From a virus (Duplodnaviria; Caudoviricetes): 64,000 nt of DNA. This document shows, in pieces, positions 37,729-47,600 of this stretch; the stretch's first letter is position 1; every line of letters begins with the position of its first letter. The notes under the pieces were generated by a model. It was not told the origin of the DNA, did not search any database, and saw nothing but the letters and a program-made list of their open reading frames with translations. The stretch is taken from the IMG/VR virus record IMGVR_UViG_3300020578_000034, positions 1-64,000 of that record, one strand, 5' to 3'. The position numbers were made by a program, and so were the translations under genes.

Positions 37729-39465
37729 ATGAAATACGCCGGAACATACAACATAAAGTCGATGACGTCCGCCTACCACCACGCCCTTGGCGAACTGGCG
37801 ATGATGGAGGAGGACGAGCCCGAGGACGAGGTGCTTCTGCCGATACCGCAATCGGAACTGTTCTACGCAAAATCGGCCATAGACGCGGTCCTCTCCGACT
37901 ACGACATGATGTCAAGCGCGGTGCCCGACGGGATCATCCTTCACGACGCGAAGAGTATCGGTCCGAGTCTCGTCAATGAGCTGAAGGACGCACTGAACGA
38001 AATCCAGATCAAGGCCCTCGGGGCGACGATCGGCGGAGCCAGGCCGGCGGCCGGTGGCGGCGCCGCCGGGGACATGATCGACAGGGACGGAGATGGATAC
38101 ATCTACGACGGAACTCCGCAGGAGCAGAGGGTTCCGTACAAGCGCCGCGACGGCAAGCCGGTCGGCGGTGGCGCGCCCGAGGGAATGGAGGCGCGACGCA
38201 GGCAGTTCGTGCGTTCTGAAGCCGCCAGGCAGGGCGTGCAACTCAACCGTGGCCCGAAACGATCGGAGCAGGAGAGAAGGTTCAGGACCGAGGCGAGAGC
38301 GCGATTCGACAGGATAGCGCTCGAGGGTGAGGGATTCATTCCCGCCGACAGAATAGAGGCTTCAGATAAGCGCAATTTCGAGAACCGCATGGGTGACGTC
38401 AACGCGGGAAGAGTTGACGATCAGGGCAGGAGCGGTTTCGGTTACGGTGGAGAGCCACCTCAGCTCAATCCGGGACAGCGAGGCAAAAGACCCGACACCT
38501 CCTTCGAGGACGCCGAGTATCGCAGACAGCAGGGAATGCGCCCCGCAGGAAGGCCCGTGGACAGGTTGCCAGGGGCTGGCGGACCAAGCGGGAGTCTCAA
38601 CCCAGGACAACGAGGGGCCAGACCCGACACGTCAAATCAACGCGCCGAGGACGCCCGCAATCAAGGCAAGCGCCCAGCAGGTAGACCCGTGGACAGGTTG
38701 CCAGGAGCAGGCGGACCAAGCGGGAGTCTCAACCCCGGACAACGAGGGGCCAGACCCGACACGTCAAATCAACGCGCCGAGGACGCTCGCAATCAAGGCA
38801 AGCGCCCCGCAGGAAGGCCCGTGGACAGGTTGCCGGGAGCAGGCGGTCCCGGCTACGACGACTCGTTCAGGGACAACGAAAACCGCCGTCTGGAAGGCAA
38901 GCGCCCACCCGACACGTCCAACCAGCGAGCCGAAGACGCGCGCAATCAGGGCAAGCGGCCCGCCGGGAGACCAGTTGACAGGTTGCCAGGAGCAGGCGGA
39001 CCAAGCGGGAGTCTCAACCCCGGACAACGAGGGGCCAGACCCGACACGTCGAACCAGCGAGCGGAGGACGCCCGCAACCAAGGCAGGCGCCCAGCCGGTA
39101 GGCCCGTGGACAGGTTGCCCGGGGCTGGCGGACCTGGTTACGACGACTCGTTCAGGGACAACGAAAACCGCCGCCTGCAAGGCAAGCGCCCCGCCGACAC
39201 TTCAAACCAGAGGGCCGAGAGCGCGCGTCAAGCCGGCGCTCGTCCACAAAGACCAGTGGACAGACTGCAAGAACCGGGTGGACCAAGCAGAAATCTCAAC
39301 CCAGGACGACGAGGAGCCAGACCCGACACGTCGAACCAGAGGGCCGAGAGCGCGCGTCAGAATCGCGCGCGCCCGAATCGCCCGGCTGACAGATTGTCGG
39401 GGGCCAACAGAGCGCGCAGGTTCCCGAGGGGGCGAAGCGACTACTACTACGGTGGCGAAGCGTAA
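37729..39465 (+). CDS. Repeat-rich basic protein (44-aa tandem repeats)
   Basis: TACAAT and GGAGG precede ATG 37729; DRDGDG motif followed by Arg/Gly/Pro repeats. Confidence 0.75.
   Translation: MKYAGTYNIKSMTSAYHHALGELAMMEEDEPEDEVLLPIPQSELFYAKSAIDAVLSDYDMMSSAVPDGIILHDAKSIGPSLVNELKDALNEIQIKALGATIGGARPAAGGGAAGDMIDRDGDGYIYDGTPQEQRVPYKRRDGKPVGGGAPEGMEARRRQFVRSEAARQGVQLNRGPKRSEQERRFRTEARARFDRIALEGEGFIPADRIEASDKRNFENRMGDVNAGRVDDQGRSGFGYGGEPPQLNPGQRGKRPDTSFEDAEYRRQQGMRPAGRPVDRLPGAGGPSGSLNPGQRGARPDTSNQRAEDARNQGKRPAGRPVDRLPGAGGPSGSLNPGQRGARPDTSNQRAEDARNQGKRPAGRPVDRLPGAGGPGYDDSFRDNENRRLEGKRPPDTSNQRAEDARNQGKRPAGRPVDRLPGAGGPSGSLNPGQRGARPDTSNQRAEDARNQGRRPAGRPVDRLPGAGGPGYDDSFRDNENRRLQGKRPADTSNQRAESARQAGARPQRPVDRLQEPGGPSRNLNPGRRGARPDTSNQRAESARQNRARPNRPADRLSGANRARRFPRGRSDYYYGGEA
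38464..39400 (+). repeat. Coding tandem repeat, 132-bp unit with a longer variant
   Basis: About 7 copies of RPDTSNQRAEDARNQGKRPAGRPVDRLPGAGGP; unit starts at 38596 and 38728 are 132 bp apart. Confidence 0.9.
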
Positions 39466-39477
39466 ACGAGCGAGTCA

Positions 39478-39681
39478 ATGAACGGCAGACCAAGCGGCGG
39501 GTACACCCGCGGGAACCGTGTTATGGGTTATGATAAACCTACACAAAATAACGCAGTCAAATTGAAATATCACTGCATTGCGACGGGCGAGAAACGCCAG
39601 TTTCCATGCGGCAGTTGCGTCAACCACAAGGGTTGCCTAGCGACGACGATGCAATACAAGGAGCGAAAACATGGAACCTGA
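39478..39681 (+). CDS. Small 4-Cys protein (start may be 39523)
   Basis: CIATGEKRQFPCGSC...GC, matching the Cys repeats of the next gene. Confidence 0.6.
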   Translation: MNGRPSGGYTRGNRVMGYDKPTQNNAVKLKYHCIATGEKRQFPCGSCVNHKGCLATTMQYKERKHGT

Positions 39682-41647
39682 GACCGGAGCACCAACCGTA
39701 AAGATCGGCGACGACGGTCAGGTTCTGCAGTGTGCCAAGGGTGCCGAGACGGCTGCCTGCGGCTACAAGGCCGGGGACTCCGTTTGCGCGGCATGCGGTG
39801 CCACGGCGATCGAGGTCAAGATGTACGGTGACGACGGGGCCGACGGAATGATGTGCAAGGCGACCGGCGAGACGGTGATGGAGCCCTGCGCCGAGTGCAA
39901 GGGCGACTGCTCCATGATGGCCTTCAAGGGCGAAATGCCGGCAGAGCTGCTTGCGAGTTTCAAGAAGAAGAAAAAGAAGAAGAAGGGTGGCAAGAACCCG
40001 TTCGCCGAGGCAGACGAGGCAGACGAGGCAGACGAGGAAGACGAGGAGATGTCGGAGAAGGCGGCTAAGTACGCCAACCCACCGGCGAGGGCCTACGGCG
40101 ACTTCGTGGACGACGAGGAGCTCGGCATCATGCAAGAGGACGACATGGAGGACGGCGAGGAGCTCGACATCGAGGAGCCGGAAATGGATGACCCGGACGA
40201 GGAAATTTCGGAGTCCATCGCCATGGGCATGCCCCCGCGAAGGAAGAGGAAGAGTGCCTACGTGGACGAACCTCTCCGCAGAAGCGAGTACGAAGAAGAG
40301 GACGAGCTCGAGGAAATGATGGACGATCCGAACGAGGAGGAGATGGAGGAGGACGCCGAGACAATGGGCTACGGCATGTACAGGAAGTCCGACTACGCGG
40401 ACGCCCGGCTCGCATCCATGGGTTTCAAGCAGGGAGAGATGGGCGAGAGCCCGTTCATTTGCGCGATAGAGAGGAAGCTGTACCCAGCGAACTCCCCGGT
40501 TTGCGAGAACTGCCCGGGTGGTTGCGTGAAGGAGGGCGACATGCCCGCGCTCCTGGAGATGGAGGGCGTCGCCGAGGACATGTTCAGGGGCAAGGTCCTT
40601 GACTCCGGCTACTCCGACAAGGCCGACATCTTCGTGATCGACGTGGAGCGCAAGGACGGAAAGCCGGTCGAGGCGTTCTTCGACGGAACGACGGGAGAGT
40701 GCATGGGTTGGCACCTGCTGAACGACGAGGTGCTCAACGTGAAGTCGGGATTCCAGCCGACGCAAATGATCGGATTCTCGGAGGCGGCGCAGATCGCGAC
40801 GAAGAGCATCAACGGCGACGTGGTGTCCGTCGAGGCAGACGTGTTCGAGGGGTTCGACAGTTACGCGGTGGAGGTGGAGGGAGTGGACGGCAAGTCCTAC
40901 GACGTGTTCGTGTCGCTTGACGGCGAGGTGCTCGGCTACGACACCTACACGCAACAGGAGGCCTTCGCCATCGAGTCCGAGGCGGCGGAAATAGCACTCA
41001 AGCGCGCCTACGGCGACGACGTCAGGAAGCAGATGGCCGAGCGCGGCGACGCCATGGAGGACGGGGAGATGCCCATCGCAAACGACTCGGACCTGAGGAA
41101 CGCCGTGATGTCGTGGCCCAGATCCAAGAAGCGCACCGAGGCGAAGGAGCACATCATGGCGAGGGCCAGGGTCCTCGGTCTCGAGAAGTCGCTCCCCGAC
41201 GAGTGGTTGCAGGAGAAGAAGCAGAACGAGGAGGCGAAGGGGGACGCCAACTTCCTCTCGAGTCTCGCCGAGTTTGAGCTCATCTCAGAGGAGATCAAGT
41301 CGTCGAACACCGACGAAAAAGGCGCTGGTTTCATGTGCAAGGCGAGCGGCCAGATGGTCGCCGAAGCGTGCCCGGAGTGCAAGTCGAATTGCAGCATGAT
41401 GCACAAGCAGGAGGAGGAGGCCGAGCTCTACTTCAAGCGGATGTTCAGCGACGAACAGAGGCAGGAGCAGGCGAAGAAGGGCAACGCCCTGCCAGACGGC
41501 TCGTACCCGATAGTCAACGAAACAGACCTCAAGAACGCGATCCAGGCGTACGGCAGGGCCAAGGACAAGGACAAGGCCAAGGCCCACATCGTCAAGCGCG
41601 CCAAGTCCCTCGGCAAAGAGGATTTGATTCCGGAAAACTGGAACTAA
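39671..41647 (+). CDS. Acidic head-associated protein with Cys repeats, PepSY-like domains and duplicated C-terminal repeats
   Basis: CKATGE...C..C...C repeats; FSEAAQIA....GDVVSVE...YAVEV; two A.xDG.xPI.N..DL.NA repeats. Confidence 0.75.
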   Translation: MEPETGAPTVKIGDDGQVLQCAKGAETAACGYKAGDSVCAACGATAIEVKMYGDDGADGMMCKATGETVMEPCAECKGDCSMMAFKGEMPAELLASFKKKKKKKKGGKNPFAEADEADEADEEDEEMSEKAAKYANPPARAYGDFVDDEELGIMQEDDMEDGEELDIEEPEMDDPDEEISESIAMGMPPRRKRKSAYVDEPLRRSEYEEEDELEEMMDDPNEEEMEEDAETMGYGMYRKSDYADARLASMGFKQGEMGESPFICAIERKLYPANSPVCENCPGGCVKEGDMPALLEMEGVAEDMFRGKVLDSGYSDKADIFVIDVERKDGKPVEAFFDGTTGECMGWHLLNDEVLNVKSGFQPTQMIGFSEAAQIATKSINGDVVSVEADVFEGFDSYAVEVEGVDGKSYDVFVSLDGEVLGYDTYTQQEAFAIESEAAEIALKRAYGDDVRKQMAERGDAMEDGEMPIANDSDLRNAVMSWPRSKKRTEAKEHIMARARVLGLEKSLPDEWLQEKKQNEEAKGDANFLSSLAEFELISEEIKSSNTDEKGAGFMCKASGQMVAEACPECKSNCSMMHKQEEEAELYFKRMFSDEQRQEQAKKGNALPDGSYPIVNETDLKNAIQAYGRAKDKDKAKAHIVKRAKSLGKEDLIPENWN

Positions 41648-41657
41648 GGGGGTCGAG

Positions 41658-44600
41658 GTGACTCGCCTCGAACGACACCTGAGAAAAAGCCCGGGTGAGA
41701 AGTCACTGGGACCGACCATCGGCGGTGCGCCGAGGAACATGAACCCGTTCACCGCGAGGGACGCCGACATGGACATGTTGGTCCTGGAGGACATCGAGGC
41801 GGTCAACTTCGGTCGAGGAGTCCCGGACCCCACACCTGGCGGAGCCGCGGAGACGCCGTCGGCGCCAAGATTGAGATCGCCTTTCTACGCGACCAACGAG
41901 GATTTCGCCGTCGCGGCGATGTCGGGTCCGAATCGTCGTCCGAGCGCCAGCGAGGCAAAAGACCCAGGTGACATGAGGAATCCGGACGGCCATTTTCCGC
42001 GGGAATCCGGACCGATGTGGAGGCAGACGAGTTTCACGGCCCTGAACCTCGCGCCGAGGGAGCGGAGGAACACGAGCCCGGCTTCGGTCAACACGTATCT
42101 CCACGCCGAATGGACCGAGCCGTACTGGGACGCCGTCAGGGACGACACGGGGATATGGAACTCCCCGCCACCGCCGGAGATGGAGGTCGAGCGCGCCATC
42201 TACGACGCAATGAAGAGAGAGACGATAGAGGTCGGCGGGTACAACGTTCCGTTCCCCCAGCACCCGAAGGAGTCCGACTACGACCAGTACACGGATTCAA
42301 CGGGCGCCACCGTCAGGCACCTCAATGCCACCCGAAGTTTCCCCTTCCGCGACAGGGAGAACTCGAGGTGGACGGACGGACACCCGCTGTACCACGCGAC
42401 CCCGACCGGCTCGTTGCCGAAGATACTCGCGGAGGGGCTGGTCGCAAACGCCGAGCGTCAGCTGTGGTTCGGGGCGTCACCGACGGTGTGGAACGAGCAG
42501 TTCCCGCACAACGCCCCCCTTCGGCTGAAGTCACCGATCAAGGGAATGTCGTTCCTGCGGATCAGCCCGACCCAAACGATGAACGAGAGGCTCTCCCGCC
42601 TCGCGAAGGTCAGCGATGTCGATCGGGCAACGGTTCCCGGGTCCCTAGCGATAGATTCGGATGGGAATCTGATCGGGCCGAGGGACTCCCGGGCGCAAGT
42701 TGCGGTTGGTCTCCTGAGCGACGCCCTGTGGTTCAACGACATCGAGATACCGACGGAAAACATCGAGGTTCTGAGTCAGACCGGAGAATGGATCCCGTTG
42801 TACAGGACGGACCTCTCGGACGTGGTTGCTGATCCCACGAGCGGGCCCGAGGCCGGGATGACGAACGAAAAGAATCGCGGCATCAGAAAAATCCTCTCGT
42901 CAATAACGAACGGCAAACACGGCGACGACGAGGGGGCGGACGAACAAAAACCCGCCTCCAAGCCCCCCGCCGAGGTCCCGGTGGTGGCGCAAATACCCAA
43001 CCCGGAACCGAGGATCAAATACTCAGACTCCTACGGCGGCGACGACCTCATCAAGAACGAGCAGAGAATCGTGCGCATAGACCACGAGGGATTGGTGGCT
43101 GCGGGCCGCTGGGAAGACATCCACGGTGACCATTACGACTGGTGGGCGTACCCCATAGACAGGGGGAGCGGGCAGTACGGCGAGGCGTTCAACGTGGCCG
43201 GCGAGCCACTCCGGAGGTTGAGGGAAGACCCGGAATTCCTGGCCAGCCTCGCGCGGGAAATAGAGATACAGGCCCTCGCCCTTGGTTGGTCTTTGTACGA
43301 CAAGGACTGGGTGGAAAAGCTCGACTGGGAGAACGGCCAGGACTGGAGACGGGCCTACCCGACGAGGCTGTGGAAGGCAACCAGATCGGCGCAGATATTC
43401 GGGCTCCAGAGGGAGTTCGAGTCGATGCTCGCGTTGCACGACTCGCTCGCAGCCGGGGGGGTGCGATTCAACCACGAGGACTACTGGGAATCACCCGGGA
43501 CGGTCGACGACGTCCCGTCGCTGGGAAAATCGTGGAAGGAGAGGCAAGAGGAGTGGAGACAGCGGTATCCCGCGAGCGACGCCACCAGCTGGACGAGCCC
43601 GCACCGCCCGATGCCACAGGGTCCCAAGCGGGGTTCCGACGATTCGCAAATGACGCTCCTGGAGGAGGATCGGGCGTGGGACGCCTACGACAGCTTCACA
43701 ACCCCCATCTTCCCGGTCGTGTCCGACGCCGAGGAGCTAGCCGACATTCTGTCGGAACCCGACGAGATGATCGAGTTCGGTTACCCGTACGAGCGAATCG
43801 ACAAAGAAACGAGGCAGCTGATCGCCGACGACATCTTCTTCGCCGTCTCCCTGTTGATGGACGGAGAGTTCCCCGACGAGGAGTTCACGGACAGGTTGGA
43901 GTCCGCAGAACAAATGAGGCGATACGCAAACGAGCAGGAGGGCCTGTACCCGGACGACGGGGACATCCTGTACGCCCTGGCCGACGCGCTGGAGAACCCC
44001 GTCTCGTTGTACGAGGACGCCGTCTACGAATCAACCGACTCGCCCGACGGCGAGGCGGGGATGGCGCGCAAACTGCGCACTACGGCAGAAATGGATGAGT
44101 TGATGAACGAGGCTGCGAGGTTGTACAACGAGGGGAAACCCCGGATGGACATAGCAAGGGAAATGAATCTTCCCCGGGACACGATCAGCAACCTTCTGCA
44201 ACGAGCAAACGCGCGCAAGCTACTTCGCAACTACAACCCTCGAGGGTCCGGAAAATTCGGGAACACCGTAACAACCCCCGAAAACATCGCCGCCGCCGCC
44301 GACAAGTACAGGGAGGGAAAGACGTTCGCCCAGATCGCCGAAGAACTCGCGGTCCCGGGAAGCTCCGTCATAAGACTCGTTGCGGAGGCGAGACGCCTGG
44401 GACTGGACACGGGCCCCCGTCGCAATCGAACTTCGTCCGAGGTTGAGGAACTGATGCTGGAGGTGGCGATCAAGTACGAAGAAGGAAAGTCATTCCGCGA
44501 AATCGCGCAGGAAATGGGCGTCAATATAAATACTGTGCAAAATATGGCAAACAGGGCCGTGAAGCTCGGTTTGATTCGGAGGGACAGAATAGAGAGAGCG

Positions 44601-47600
44601 AGCGACGCCGCCGATGAGTTGACGAAAGAAATAATGACCAAACTCGGGCAAGGCAAGAGCCAGCGACAAATCGCGCGGGAACTGAACGTTCCATACCTTC
44701 GGGTCACGAACTTGATCAAGAGGGCCAGACGAATTCTTGCTCCAGACCGAAGAAAAGCCAGGTTGATGAACTCATCCGAGTCCCCCGGGGACTCGGGAGC
44801 CCCCGACGGCGAGGCGGGGATGGGAAGACGCTTCCGGGGCATGGACGAAGAACCCGATTATTCGGATATGAGTTTGAGCGACACGGAGATACAGAACTTC
44901 ATAGAGTCCGAAGCCGACAAGGTCACCGACGACCTGATCTTCGGCAGGGAGGTGTCAAGGGCGTTCACCCAGGGAGAAGACGAACCCGTCCCGCCATCTG
45001 TCATGCCAGTGAGACAAATATCAATCCCAACGCTGGAGGAAATTCCGGAGGACCTAAAACAGTCGTACATCAAGTTGTGGGCCGGAGGCGGGAGCTTCGT
45101 CGCCATAAATCGGCAGCTCGGAATATCCAACCTTGACGGCGCCGCCATACAGACGGCGCTCCTCAGAAGCGGGGAAATCCTCCCGAGGACCAAGCGCACC
45201 TCGGGGGACTCACTGCGTCTCACCCCCGAAGACGAAAGGGTCTTCGTCGAGTGGTCCAACGAAGGGGCCGATATGGGCTTGCTGGCATCGGTGTTCGGAC
45301 TCACCGCCGGGCAGACCGCCGAGATCGCCAAAGACCTGAGAAGCCGGGGATTGATCCGCCGACGATTTCAAAAAAACTTTTTCACCGACAGTGAGCGAGA
45401 CGCATTCGCGACCATCGTGAAGGAGGAACGAGCGAAAGGAAGAGGCGTCTGGCCGCGTTCCGTGCTCAGGGCCCAGCGGGAGCTCGGATGGTCCAAGCAA
45501 AGAGCCCAGGCAATGCTCTTGTGGTACAGAATGCAAGTTAAGTTCGGTCATATGCCCGGCATCAAGACCCAACTGTCCGATTCCGACATGATGAGGTTTG
45601 CCGCGCGATGGAACGACGGAGTGCCCGAGGAGCAGATCGCGCGGGAGTTCAACGTCGCAGAGGGTTCCGTCAAATGGTTGGCTAGCAAGGTGAGAAAGCG
45701 GGGAATACGCCTCAAGCGTCGCAACAGCACGGACTTGTCCGCCACGGACGGGTTGCGACGGAGTCCCAGACTTTCTCGGGAGTGGCTCGAGGGAGTAGAA
45801 AACGGCACGACATCGGGCGGGTACCAGGAGTTCATGGAGGGGATGCAAAAACGAGCGGTGGCACTATACCGAGACGGGAGGACGTACGACCAGATCGCCA
45901 AGGAACTCGGAATCACCGGTGCTGACGCCAAGTACCTGGTGGACAGGGCCGTGACATCCGGTGAGAAGTCCCCACGCCGTAGGGGACCAAGATCAAAGGT
46001 CGCCGCCGCGCTCGGCATCACCGTGGACGAGCTGGTTGAACGGATGGCGGCAAGATACAACGAGGGCAAGACAGGCGCCGAGATGGCCACGGAATTCGGC
46101 ACCACAATCGGCAACCTTAATTATTTCCTGAGGGTGGCGGGCAAAAGGGGTTTGTTGAAATTGAGGACGAAGCGAAAGAAGCACCCAGTCAAACGCAACG
46201 TCACGGGAGCTTCCTCCCGAAAAACGAGACCGACCGACGGATCCGACGGCGAGGCCGGGATGTCGGGCCCGGATTCTGCAGATCTGCCGGACGGAATAGA
46301 CGGGGAACTAGAGGATTACGTCTACGAGGATCCGGTGTTCGGTTTGTCCATACAGCATCCTCTCTTCCTCTGGTTCGCCCGGATCACCCCGGAGGTTGTC
46401 GACTTGATAAACGCGTCCTTCGCGAAAAAACGGGCGTCGGCGGACGAAGCCCTGAGACAAAAGAATTGGGGAAGGTACATATACCTACACGAACGCCCCT
46501 ACCGCATCGACGCCTTCGAGGACATCATGGACGAGCTGACGGACCAGGAGTACTGGAGCCGACTCTCGGACATATGGGTGGACAGCGAGAACATCGGGCA
46601 GCAACCCGATCGTTGGAGGAACCTGCTACTGAGCGAACGCGGCTCGCGCGAGTCCTTCATGACGGAGGACGAGCGAGCGGAATTCGCGGCGTTGCAGCCA
46701 CAGTTCACCGTGTACCGCGGTTATTCGGAGAACGACCAGGAGGAGTTCGGAATGTCGTGGAGCACCGACGCGGGAGTGGCCGAGTGGTTCGCCAGGAGAT
46801 TCGCAAGGGAAGACGACAAGATCTTCATGGAGGAAATGGAGGTCTCCAAGGACGACGTCTTCGCGTACCTCACGCGGCGTGGCGAGGAGGAGATAATCCT
46901 CGACATGCGCACCGCGACCGGTGGGACGGCGATCAGGCGGCAGTTGAAGAAGTACCCCAACACGACGAGCGGCCCGTACGCGGCAAAACTCAGGAAACTC
47001 GGCGTAAGGGCGGACGGCGAGGCGGGGATGTCCTCCCGAAAAATCCCCAAATTCAACGGCGGCCACAGCAGCAAGGGGAGGGGGACTCCGTCGGGTGACG
47101 GCAAGGACTTGGCGATGAGGGACGTGGCGGACAGCGCCATAGTCGAGCTGGCGAACGACGAGAGGAGCAGTTCGCGGACGACGCTCGAGACGCTCGGGTC
47201 GTACCGGGCCGGGAGCATGGTCGTGATGCTGGCGAGAAACGGTGAGCTCCGGGGCATCCCGCTGAGGGACGAAACCATCCAGGCAATAACGAAAGCCCAC
47301 GACGACGGTGCGACGTTCGTCGTCGGGGACATGCCGGGCGTGGATTCGCAGTTCGTGGAATTTTTGGACAAAATCGGGGCCGACTACACGATCTACCATG
47401 CGGGGAGTTCGCCGAGGTTCCGTCCGCAACCGCCCGACGCGCGCGGGGACGCGCCGTCCGAACTCCTCGCGCGCGTGACCGACGAGGACGCGCAGCTCAG
47501 TCTCCTGTACTCGGTGCCCGGGGTCGCCGCCAGCGTCAGGATGAGGAGCACCGACGGTGCGCCCGTCGCCCCGGGCAAGAACGCAATCATGAAGCCGTAC

